A stretch of DNA of 32,000 nt from Nitrosopumilaceae archaeon (GTDB lineage Archaea > Thermoproteota > Nitrososphaeria > Nitrososphaerales > Nitrosopumilaceae). The stretch covers positions 230,618 to 262,617 of the forward strand of contig OZ242365.1 of NCBI GenBank assembly GCA_965208905.1, read 5' to 3'. The notes under the pieces were generated by a model. It did no database searches. It was not told the origin of the DNA and was given only the letters and a program-made list of their open reading frames with translations. Positions 16,505-24,502 of this stretch are shown in pieces; the first letter of the stretch is position 1; the number at the start of each line of letters is the position of its first letter. A program made the position numbers and the translations under genes.

Positions 16505-17455
16505 CTATTCCACTATGAAGGTCCCTTGCATGCCTTGTAGTGCATGGCCAGGAACTGTACATATGTAATAGTAGGTTCCAGGCGTATCTGCCACAAAGTT
16601 TACCTGACCGCTCTGACCTCCAGTCAGGGGTATATTTGCGGAACCTATTGCAGAGTCCCACATTATGGAATTAAAGTTTGCGGGATCCCGTACTATCGCA
16701 AATGAATGGAACGATATTCCTTGGTTTGTAGAAGAGATATTCACCTCATCTCCAGCGGTTACACGAATTTCAGGGTTTGCTCCTTCTGTACCGGGAACAG
16801 CAGAGAATGCAAACGTCAAAAAGTCATCGGACTCGTAAAAGTCCAGTGTAAAGTCATGGACAGTTCCAGTGGGCTCTACGGCAGATTCCTCTTGGCCGGC
16901 CGCACCAACAATTATCTCACCTACCATTCCCTGTTCGCGGTGACCAGGAACAGTACAGAGATAGTAGTAAGTACCTTCGCTAGGTGGTATGAACTCGGAT
17001 GTGCCTGACTGGCCGTTTGTTAGGGGGTTCATTGCAGTTCCTATCTCAGAGCCTGGAAATATTCCTTCAGTACCACTCTCTTCGGCAGTAACACCAAAGG
17101 AGTGAAATGATATACCCTCACTGACTACGTTGAACACAATCTTGTCGCCTACTTGAGCGTTGATCGTCGGATTTGCGCCAGGTTCACCTAGTACCTCATT
17201 AAATGAAAAGTCTCTAAAGTCTGCAGACTCTACAAATACCAGATCTACCGTAAGTAGACTGCCGGTGAAGGAGCCCAACTCTTGCTCAACGGCCTCGCTC
17301 ATTATTGCCACTATGGGAGGAGCTTCAGATATCCAATAGTCCCATAGTCCAAAGAATATACCGCCACCAGATATGCAGATGCCCAGCATTATGGCCATCA
17401 TCTTGGCGGTCCTAGCAGGACTCGTTCTCATTATTGGTGTGTCTTCATTTACCAT
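16505..17455 (-). CDS. two-domain blue (type 1) copper protein, plastocyanin-like, N-terminally membrane-anchored
   Basis: Two cupredoxin repeats are present. Each has an upstream His (ISFHSF) and a C-x-x-x-H-x-x-x-x-M ligand set (YYYLCTVPGHREQGM and YYYICTVPGHALQGM). Confidence 0.9.
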   Translation of the reverse strand: MVNEDTPIMRTSPARTAKMMAIMLGICISGGGIFFGLWDYWISEAPPIVAIMSEAVEQELGSFTGSLLTVDLVFVESADFRDFSFNEVLGEPGANPTINAQVGDKIVFNVVSEGISFHSFGVTAEESGTEGIFPGSEIGTAMNPLTNGQSGTSEFIPPSEGTYYYLCTVPGHREQGMVGEIIVGAAGQEESAVEPTGTVHDFTLDFYESDDFLTFAFSAVPGTEGANPEIRVTAGDEVNISSTNQGISFHSFAIVRDPANFNSIMWDSAIGSANIPLTGGQSGQVNFVADTPGTYYYICTVPGHALQGMQGTFIVE

Positions 17456-17465
17456 ATCTTATCAC

Positions 17466-19010
17466 CTAATGATGTGGGTTCTTTTGGGTATGCGGATAGT
17501 AGTAGCGGCCACCCAACCCAAATGGATCCTCCATATTTGCCTCTGGTCCTTTTGCAGAACTATATATCATATTACCCAACCAAATGGCCATGCTGATTCC
17601 AATGAGCATGGCGCCAACTGTAGCTATCTGATTCATGGCAATCCACTCAGGTATAGGTGGATAGTCGTATATGCGTCTGGGCATTCCGTATAGTCCTAGT
17701 ACATGTTGTGTAAAGAATACCATTACAGTTCCTATCATGGCCAACACAAAGTGTATCTTGCCCAATACTTCGTGATACATACGGCCAGTCACGTATGGGA
17801 ACATGTAGTATACATATCCTATTGTGCCAAATGCAATAGTTCCCATTACAAAGAGATGGAAGTGGCCCACCACCCAATAAGAGTCGTGCGTAACAAAGTC
17901 CAAGGGCATGGCGCTGTTTACCACACCACCAGCTCCAGCCGAGAAGAAGAGTGCAATTCCACCTACAGCCCACATCATGGGTGTGGAGAATCGTATACGA
18001 CCACCCCACATGGTAGCGAGGAAGTTAAAGACATGCATTGCCGATGCTGGAACCGCCGCCAGTGTACCCACCATAAAGACAGTCTTCTCTGTGAATGACA
18101 TGCCAGTGGCATACATGTGGTGCGCCCAAGACGAGAATCCCACTATGGCCAGTATTATAAAGGCGGCCAGTCCTGAGGCATGACTAAAGATGGGTTTGCG
18201 GGAGAAGCGAGGGATTATCTCATACATCATGCCTATGGCAGGTATGACCAGTACATACACTTCAGGGTGGAATGTAAACCAAAAGAGGTGTGCGTATGCG
18301 ATGGGGTCGCCACCCATGGCAGGATTAAAGAATCCCGAGACGCCCAACCTGTCTGTAAGCAACATAAGTAGTGCAGCAGCAAATGTTGGGAGTGCCACTA
18401 GTATTATCAAGGATGATGAGAGAAATGACCATGCCAATAACGGAACCTGACCTAGCGACATGTCTGGGTGTTTGCACTTCATTATAGTTACAACAAAGTT
18501 GATGGCTCCCAGTATGGAGGAGACTCCCAGTATCTTTAGGCCGAATATCCACATGTCTGCGGCAGGACCTGGTGCGCTGATTATAGAGTAGGGTGGCGTG
18601 GCATACCAAGTAAAGTCGGCAAACCCTAGCCATATCAAGGCCCCTCCTGGAGGAATCATCCAAAAGGCTATGGCGTTTAGTTTTGGATACGCCATATCCT
18701 TGTAGCGTACCATTATTGGAACAAAGTAGTTTCCCACCGCCGATGCCGAAGGCAATATGAACAGAAATATCAATGTGGTGCCGTGTACTGTAAACATACG
18801 GTTGAACGTCATGGAGTCGGCGATAATCTGTGAGCCCGGAAAGAAGAGCTCCGCTCGGATGGCCAGCGCCAATGCGCCTCCCAAAAACAGAAATCCCAAA
18901 GACATTATCAGGTATAGAAGGCCCACATCTGTGTGGTGTGTTGAGAACATTATCTGCCAGATGGGTCGTGGTTTGTGCAGTTCCAGTACCATGTTATGTA
19001 ATCCCTCCAT
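17466..19010 (-). CDS. coxA: heme-copper oxidase subunit I
   Basis: 514 aa polytopic protein. Motifs include WFTFHPEVYVL (CuB His-Tyr), WAHHMYATG and VVGHFH. Confidence 0.95.
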   Translation of the reverse strand: MEGLHNMVLELHKPRPIWQIMFSTHHTDVGLLYLIMSLGFLFLGGALALAIRAELFFPGSQIIADSMTFNRMFTVHGTTLIFLFILPSASAVGNYFVPIMVRYKDMAYPKLNAIAFWMIPPGGALIWLGFADFTWYATPPYSIISAPGPAADMWIFGLKILGVSSILGAINFVVTIMKCKHPDMSLGQVPLLAWSFLSSSLIILVALPTFAAALLMLLTDRLGVSGFFNPAMGGDPIAYAHLFWFTFHPEVYVLVIPAIGMMYEIIPRFSRKPIFSHASGLAAFIILAIVGFSSWAHHMYATGMSFTEKTVFMVGTLAAVPASAMHVFNFLATMWGGRIRFSTPMMWAVGGIALFFSAGAGGVVNSAMPLDFVTHDSYWVVGHFHLFVMGTIAFGTIGYVYYMFPYVTGRMYHEVLGKIHFVLAMIGTVMVFFTQHVLGLYGMPRRIYDYPPIPEWIAMNQIATVGAMLIGISMAIWLGNMIYSSAKGPEANMEDPFGLGGRYYYPHTQKNPHH

Positions 19011-19028
19011 GCACGGTTAAAATTCTTT

Positions 19029-19460
19029 TCAAGATGGGTCCTCCACGTATAGTTTTCCTCGCATGTTATAGTGAATTAGACCGCAGTATTCACGGCACTG
19101 AATATCGTACTCCCCAGCTTCGGTGGGAGAGAACCATACAGTGTTAATACGACCAGGCACGGCATCCAACAACACCACATAATCATGTATGTTAAATGAG
19201 TGATTTACATCAGTCGATGTTATCTCAAATTTGTACGCCTTGCCGGTCTCCAGATGTAGTTCGCCCACCTCCTTTGTACCATCTTCATGCTCAAATGTCC
19301 AGAACCACTGCTGGCCGACCACTTTAATTATCTCAGCGTCTTCGGGTACATGCTCCACCAATCGCTCCACATTCCAGGCTTCAGCTCCCACCCAACAGAG
19401 TAGAGCTACCACGACTCCTATGTACACCCACTCAGGCCAGCTAGAATGTTCATCAGACAT
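19029..19460 (-). CDS. coxB: heme-copper oxidase subunit II (CuA cupredoxin, single TM)
   Basis: The CuA ligand pattern is HSFNI...CREYCGLIHYNM. ATG at 19460 follows the upstream ORF stop by 1 nt. The ORF is open to 19499. Confidence 0.85.
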   Translation of the reverse strand: MSDEHSSWPEWVYIGVVVALLCWVGAEAWNVERLVEHVPEDAEIIKVVGQQWFWTFEHEDGTKEVGELHLETGKAYKFEITSTDVNHSFNIHDYVVLLDAVPGRINTVWFSPTEAGEYDIQCREYCGLIHYNMRGKLYVEDPS

Positions 19461-19461
19461 A

Positions 19462-19713
19462 CTACCAATCAGTCCCCTCATATTTGGTTGGTTTTGCATT
19501 TGGGTGAGACTCTCTGAATCTCCATATCAGCCATATTATTGTACCAGATACAACAGCCCCTATTGTAATTGCAACCACCATCATTCTAAAGAATAGATTC
19601 CATATCTCAACACGACGATCAAGATACTCGCCGGGTTCGGCGGTGGCAGCAAACGCCACATTAACTGTAAACATAACCGCCATCATAACTAAAGCTCCAA
19701 TAATGTATCGCAT
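19462..19713 (-). CDS. small membrane protein, first gene of the oxidase operon (resembles the N-terminal TM part of subunit II)
   Basis: 83 aa. Signal-like MRYIIGALVMMAVMFTVNVAFA is followed by one TM and then IWLIWRFRES, as found after TM1 of canonical CoxII. Confidence 0.6.
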   Translation of the reverse strand: MRYIIGALVMMAVMFTVNVAFAATAEPGEYLDRRVEIWNLFFRMMVVAITIGAVVSGTIIWLIWRFRESHPNAKPTKYEGTDW

Positions 19714-19979
19714 TCCCTATTCACGATTCTATTAGGAATTCTATTTAATGGTTTACAGGGGTATGTCCTACTAGTATAAAGCTCCCGGAGTTTCCCCCGG
19801 CGACCTTATATCAGTAGCATAATTGGATACATCCAGGCGGTCGTCCAGAGATGGTGACTCATCACCCACATAAAGCAAGCTCCTCGCCTCCCCTTTAGGC
19901 CGCCGCCCTTCACCGTCGCATGGAAACCACAAGACGATACAGTCCAACAATTGTTGAACGCACTGCTCCCAATCCCAGT

Positions 19980-19987
19980 CTTAGTCA
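19980..19987. repeat. flanking direct repeat (putative TSD), left copy, element 2
   Basis: CTTAGTCA abuts the left TIR. It matches 21459-21466 at 7 of 8 positions. Confidence 0.65.
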
Positions 19988-20015
19988 TGGGCTGTGACGT
20001 TATCTGCGCGTGTCC
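19988..20015. repeat. left terminal inverted repeat of element 2
   Basis: TGGGCTGTGACGTTATCTGCGCGTGTCC, 28/28 reverse-complementary to 21431-21458. Confidence 0.95.
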
Positions 20016-20077
20016 CAAGACAGCGCGTTTGACAACCCGTCGTATAGTTGAGTAGACAAATCTCCTGAATACACCGC

Positions 20078-20085
20078 TTAAATAC
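20078..20085 (+). promoter_or_regulatory. TATA-like box TTAAATAC upstream of tnpB-2
   Basis: Lies 20 nt before ATG 20106. It is the same octamer as upstream of tnpB-1. Confidence 0.4.
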
Positions 20086-20105
20086 CACCGAACTCATTGT
20101 ATAAT

Positions 20106-21404
20106 ATGAAGTACAAAGACGAAAAGTACGTCATAAAGACTCTACAGTACCGTCTTAAGATATCCACCAGACTCACTCGATACTTTAACTCAATGTATTC
20201 GGAATCCCACATATGGCTCAATGCAGGAATAAGGGCGCGTAAGGCTGGACTGACGGTGTTTGACACCAATAAGATAGCCACTATATGCCAGACCATCCCC
20301 CAGGCCTGGGTTCGCGGCGCCATACGTGAAGGCCACAAGATAGAAGGCTGTACGCATGTAAGATATGGTAGGAAGGTTTACCCCCTGTTTAGTAACGTGC
20401 CACTCGGTAAAAAATCCAAAGGTACAACGGTGTATTTCCCAAGATGTAATATACCATTCAAACTACAGAAAGGGCATCTACCCAATACATCCCAATCATA
20501 TAAGATAGTGGATGTCACGAACACTACAGACAAGGAGAGGCAGTTCGAACTACATGTAACTATACGTGAGCATGTCCCGGACCGCGTAGCGACGGGTGTA
20601 CATGCTGGTATTGATATGGGTGGTAAGCACACGCTTGTTGTTGGAAAGTCCGATGGTAGTATTGCCATGCTGACATTACGTGAGAAGGATACTATACGGA
20701 ACATAGCGCGTATGCAAAAGAAGATGAGTAGGTGCAAACTTCACTCCCGCAAGTGGCGCAACCTGCATGATACATTAAACAGCATATACCGTAAGTTGGG
20801 AAATAGACAGAAAGACAAGCTGCGCAAGTTCTCAAAGAAACTAATGCGGCAGTGTGATAGAATAATCATGGAGGGGATGAACCTCCGTACAATGACGACC
20901 AAGGGTCCCGGGCAGACGCCCAAAAATCGTACGATGCGACAAAGTCATTGTGGTGAGGCGCGGGAGCACATTTCACAACAATACCTACGATATAATGTAG
21001 AATATACGGAGATAAACCCAAAGAATACCTCAAAGCAGTGCTGTATGTGCGGTAGTTTGAATACGTGGCGCAAGAGCAGTAAGTTTAGGTGTCATAACTG
21101 CGGTATAGTGTGTCATGCGGACATCAATGCGGCATTCAACATACTTTTCGCTTTTCGTATTATACAGTGGAGTAAGCGCGCTCAGGGCGTTTATTCCCTA
21201 CAAAACAAGGCTGGAATGGTCTTGAGAGGAAAGATACATCTCGCGACACTTACTATACCCAGTGTCGTTGGTGATGTGATGGCCGGTACAGGCTGTCACC
21301 AGGCTAGGCGTCAAAACCCGGCTGACAATGAACGTCTCTTGGAAACTCCTCTGGATGGTAATTTGCCAACATTTGTTGTACTGGGCGCAGGCCCAACTGT
21401 ATAG
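20106..21404 (+). CDS. tnpB: TnpB (RuvC-like RNA-guided endonuclease family), second lineage
   Basis: RuvC motifs are GIDMGGKH (D), IIMEGMNL (E) and HADINAAFNI (D). The zinc finger is CCMCGS...CHNCG. The ORF track start 20097 is TTG; the first ATG is at 20106. Confidence 0.9.
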   Translation: MKYKDEKYVIKTLQYRLKISTRLTRYFNSMYSESHIWLNAGIRARKAGLTVFDTNKIATICQTIPQAWVRGAIREGHKIEGCTHVRYGRKVYPLFSNVPLGKKSKGTTVYFPRCNIPFKLQKGHLPNTSQSYKIVDVTNTTDKERQFELHVTIREHVPDRVATGVHAGIDMGGKHTLVVGKSDGSIAMLTLREKDTIRNIARMQKKMSRCKLHSRKWRNLHDTLNSIYRKLGNRQKDKLRKFSKKLMRQCDRIIMEGMNLRTMTTKGPGQTPKNRTMRQSHCGEAREHISQQYLRYNVEYTEINPKNTSKQCCMCGSLNTWRKSSKFRCHNCGIVCHADINAAFNILFAFRIIQWSKRAQGVYSLQNKAGMVLRGKIHLATLTIPSVVGDVMAGTGCHQARRQNPADNERLLETPLDGNLPTFVVLGAGPTV

Positions 21405-21458
21405 CAGCTGTATTGAGTACGCGCATGTATGGACACGCGCAGATAACGTCACAGCCCA
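21230..21458 (+). ncRNA. putative omega-RNA (reRNA) scaffold region of element 2 (boundaries approximate)
   Basis: A GC-richer 3' segment (33/60 and 31/60 in blocks 21241-21360) overlaps the ~90-aa post-RuvC tail of the ORF and the right end. The call is by analogy with characterised TnpB loci. Confidence 0.3.
21431..21458. repeat. right terminal inverted repeat of element 2
   Basis: GGACACGCGCAGATAACGTCACAGCCCA, 28/28 reverse-complementary to 19988-20015. Confidence 0.95.
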
Positions 21459-21466
21459 CTTGGTCA
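21459..21466. repeat. flanking direct repeat (putative TSD), right copy, element 2
   Basis: CTTGGTCA abuts the right TIR. Confidence 0.65.
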
Positions 21467-21673
21467 TATGACATGAGTCTATAAGATGCCTTGTGGCTTT
21501 GCAGTACTTTGGTGAAGTGTTATTAACTATTTTGCTTCATTGGTTGTCAAAGATGAGGTGTGCAGCCAAATGCTCTATACGTAACAGTACAACAGACAAA
21601 ATAACAGATAGTTTAGAGGATACCTTTGTACAACAAAGAGACTACATCTACAATACCAACGAGTTGCCCTAGA

Positions 21674-22513
21674 ATGATAAACCTACTGGATGTGGTAAGA
21701 TGGACATTCAGGCGTAGTCCATCAGATATAATACGACTCTACAACTCCCTCTCAGGAGTCATGGTCACAGCCACTGGAGGGGCCAGCCTCAACTTTGGAC
21801 TGTGGTCGGACGACTGTGTTGAACCACTCTTGGCGCAGGACAATATGGCGCGACACTTTGGCAGGATGGCAGACTTGGATACGGCCAGTGTCGGGGCGGA
21901 TGTTGGTTGTGGGCGGGGCGGACCTGCTAAAATATGGCAACAGTTGTATCCTGACTTTGATATAATAGGAGTAGACGTAAACCGTAGAGGTCTAGTAGAG
22001 GCCAAGCGTCTGGACCTTGCAGTCAATGCACTCTCTACTAGTCTACCTCTAGCCAATAACTCGATGGATCGTGTGCTTGCACTAGAGTCTGCGCAACATT
22101 TTCGTCCACTGTCAGTATTCACCAATGAAGCTGCCCGCGTATTGAAGCCTGGCGGCATACTATGTATGGCCATACCAGTCGTCGGACGACAGTACCACAT
22201 AAGCCGATTGGGAATGCTTTGGTTGACATGGACATCTGAGCATTACAATGTATCGACCATACATGAGGCAATCAAAGCATCTGGGCTCCATATACAATAT
22301 GAAGAGATGGTTGGTCCCATGGTGTATCTGCCGATGGCCAACTACTATATGAATAACAGAGACAGATTACAGGAGAGAATCACAGCCACATATCCTAGAT
22401 ATGTAGAGTCAATACTGTATCGCTCCATACTAGACATGAGGCGGGCTTCCACACAGGATGTTATTGAGTATATGATTATAAAATGTATAAAGCCATCACA
22501 TGAGCGTATATGA
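21674..22513 (+). CDS. class I SAM-dependent methyltransferase
   Basis: Motif I is GADVGCGRGGPA and the post-I acidic residue is in IGVDVN. Also present are LKPGGILCMA and LALESAQHF. ATG is at 21674; the ORF is open from TTG 21626. Confidence 0.85.
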   Translation: MINLLDVVRWTFRRSPSDIIRLYNSLSGVMVTATGGASLNFGLWSDDCVEPLLAQDNMARHFGRMADLDTASVGADVGCGRGGPAKIWQQLYPDFDIIGVDVNRRGLVEAKRLDLAVNALSTSLPLANNSMDRVLALESAQHFRPLSVFTNEAARVLKPGGILCMAIPVVGRQYHISRLGMLWLTWTSEHYNVSTIHEAIKASGLHIQYEEMVGPMVYLPMANYYMNNRDRLQERITATYPRYVESILYRSILDMRRASTQDVIEYMIIKCIKPSHERI

Positions 22514-22541
22514 GACTATCCGCATAACGGGGAACCACACA

Positions 22542-23177
22542 TCACCATAGTTTTATCAGGCGTGAAGGCTCCATGACGTTTATGCCGCCCACGGAGAATA
22601 TACCCTCGCTATTCAAAAATATATTCAATGATGCGTTGGCTATGATCAGGTGATATAGATTTTGAGGCGTCATGTTCAGTATGGTAGACAGCATGGCCTT
22701 GATGGGATCCATATGTGTGACTAATAGTACATTCTCGCCGGCATGTTTCTGTTGTATATAAGATACAATGTCAAGTATTCTGTTACGGACGCTTGCAAAT
22801 GTTTCGACGCCCATATTTGTAAAATCATCAGATCCCTGATAGAAGTGTAGAAATATGTTCCCGTATCGTTCCATCAAATCGTCATACGTCTTACCGGTAA
22901 GTCCACCCATGTCTATCTCTGTAAGTCTATCGTCCGGAATAACCTCCAATGAGTTGTGTTTGGCGACAATTTGCGCAGTCTCCATGGTCCTCTGTATGGG
23001 ACTAGAGTATATGCGGCTAACCTGCATGTCCGCGACACATGCAGCAGCATACGCTGCTTGAGCCTTGCCCTCAGCAGTGAGGGGTACATTCGGCAGGCGT
23101 CCCACAAGCCGTCGTTCAACATTGTTCTGAGCCTGGCCATGACGTAGGAATATCAACGAGGCCAACAGTATAGCCAT
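22542..23177 (-). CDS. histidine phosphatase family protein (phosphoglycerate mutase-like)
   Basis: The N-terminal RHG motif is FLRHGQAQNN. Downstream are the typical SSPIQRTMETA and LLVTHMDPI (second catalytic His). Confidence 0.85.
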   Translation of the reverse strand: MAILLASLIFLRHGQAQNNVERRLVGRLPNVPLTAEGKAQAAYAAACVADMQVSRIYSSPIQRTMETAQIVAKHNSLEVIPDDRLTEIDMGGLTGKTYDDLMERYGNIFLHFYQGSDDFTNMGVETFASVRNRILDIVSYIQQKHAGENVLLVTHMDPIKAMLSTILNMTPQNLYHLIIANASLNIFLNSEGIFSVGGINVMEPSRLIKLW

Positions 23178-23217
23178 ACTATAAAGATAATAAGAACATT
23201 CACTATGACATTACATA

Positions 23218-23889
23218 TTGAAGGTGGGAATAGTTGGTGGGACCGGAGGTATGGGTAAAGGGTTTGCCATGAGATGGTGTAAGAGTCATGACGTTTTAGT
23301 GGGATCGCGAAATGCCCAGAGGGCATCAGAGAGTGCTGCCACCTATGAGAGTGATGCCATAGAGGTATACGGCAGCATACAAGGAACCATAACTGGTAGC
23401 GACAACCTATCAATAGCATCAGATAGCGATGTATTACTACTATCCATTGGGTATGAAAATATTGACTCTACCTGCCCAGATGTCTTGAATAATATCAAAG
23501 ATGACTGCATAGTGGTATCGCCCATAGTACCCATGGAGAAGACAGATGTGGGGTTTGAGTTTATTCCATTTCGTGACAACAAACAGTTTGCCCATCAGAT
23601 GGTACAGAGTCACATGAAGGACCCCTCTAGATTGGTGTCGGCGTTTCATGTCATATCAGAGAAGAAACTGGCCAACCTCAAAAGAGAGTTAGACTATGAC
23701 ATATTCGTATGTGGTGATGACAAAGGGGCCGTGGATGTTGTAAATGGTCTGATAAATGAGATTGATGGACTTCGTCCACTATACATAGGGGGTAGCGGAT
23801 TGTCATATATGGTAGAGATATCCACGCCCATACTACTAAACATAATGATTCAGAACAGAATTAAAAATCCAGGGATTAAAATAGTCTAG
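23218..23889 (+). CDS. npdG: NADPH-dependent F420 reductase (NpdG-like)
   Basis: The Rossmann N-terminus is KVGIVGGTGGMGKGFA and the size is ~220 aa. It has a TTG start (or GTG at 23224). Confidence 0.8.
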   Translation: MKVGIVGGTGGMGKGFAMRWCKSHDVLVGSRNAQRASESAATYESDAIEVYGSIQGTITGSDNLSIASDSDVLLLSIGYENIDSTCPDVLNNIKDDCIVVSPIVPMEKTDVGFEFIPFRDNKQFAHQMVQSHMKDPSRLVSAFHVISEKKLANLKRELDYDIFVCGDDKGAVDVVNGLINEIDGLRPLYIGGSGLSYMVEISTPILLNIMIQNRIKNPGIKIV

Positions 23890-24123
23890 ATGAGTCCTGA
23901 ATATTATAGGCGCGGACGTAACTGGTATACAGCGTTAGGTGTACTGTTTATAGTATCAGCCATCATAGTTATAGTACGGCAGATAGCGCTATGGGGGTTT
24001 GAGTTTGTGGGGGACTTTATGTTGAATAGTGAATTTACCAATGAAAAGATATCTCTAGGTATGATAGGTTTTGGATGTCTCATGATAATCTTGGGGTTGC
24101 GGCGTAATGTCCCGGCGCGTTGA
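23890..24123 (+). CDS. small membrane protein (2 TM)
   Basis: The ATG directly follows the npdG stop. There are two hydrophobic helices. It overlaps the next gene by 17 nt, an operon-like packing. Confidence 0.45.
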   Translation: MSPEYYRRGRNWYTALGVLFIVSAIIVIVRQIALWGFEFVGDFMLNSEFTNEKISLGMIGFGCLMIILGLRRNVPAR

Positions 24124-24502
24124 CTTTCTCCAGCACCAAAAGATCATGAGGCTGGCTACCACAAATGAGCATGGTGAGCCGCACGTAGTACCTGTGTGGT
24201 ATATGTACGATGATAATACCATATACATAGGAACCAATACACGAACTGTAAAAGCAAGAAATGTAAAACATACAAAGACTGCTGCCTTCTGTGTAGATGA
24301 AGGGGTACGGGCACCCATATATGGCATAATGGGAAGAGGGTCTGCACGATTAATCTTAGACCCCACACAGGTGGGTAATTTGGCAGAACAGATACTGATG
24401 CGATACTATACAGATATACACCAAGAGGCAGCTCAGGCTCTATACAAGGATACAGACTGTATTATTGCCATACGTGTGGACTCTATCACCGAATGGTCAT
24501 AA
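24107..24502 (+). CDS. pyridoxamine 5'-phosphate oxidase-family (PPOX-class, possibly F420-dependent) protein
   Basis: 131 aa with the typical split-barrel family opening MRLATTNEHGEPHVVPVWYMYDDNTIYIGT...KARNV. Confidence 0.8.
   Translation: MSRRVDFLQHQKIMRLATTNEHGEPHVVPVWYMYDDNTIYIGTNTRTVKARNVKHTKTAAFCVDEGVRAPIYGIMGRGSARLILDPTQVGNLAEQILMRYYTDIHQEAAQALYKDTDCIIAIRVDSITEWS

Larger units (their letters stand above)
19988..21458 (+). mobile_element. tnpB-only insertion element 2, bounded by 28-bp perfect TIRs and a 7/8 8-bp direct repeat
   Basis: 19988-20015 is the exact reverse complement of 21431-21458. The flanks are CTTAGTCA (19980-19987) and CTTGGTCA (21459-21466). It contains a single TnpB ORF. 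Confidence 0.85.

Noticed and set aside
17466-19010. Numerous 60-130-aa antisense or alternative-frame ORFs inside coxA and other long genes (for example 17647..18009, 17703..18098 and 18325..18663).
   Set aside because: They are fully nested in strongly supported genes, have biased composition typical of off-frame translation and carry no motifs.
19806-20018. A 70-aa minus-strand ORF spanning the left TIR of element 2, and the possibility that excising the element restores a longer gene across the junction.
   Set aside because: I joined the flanks by hand with one copy of the 8-mer. The frame stays open for only a few more codons before a TGA, and the product is W/C/G-rich with no motif. 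No disrupted gene is evident.
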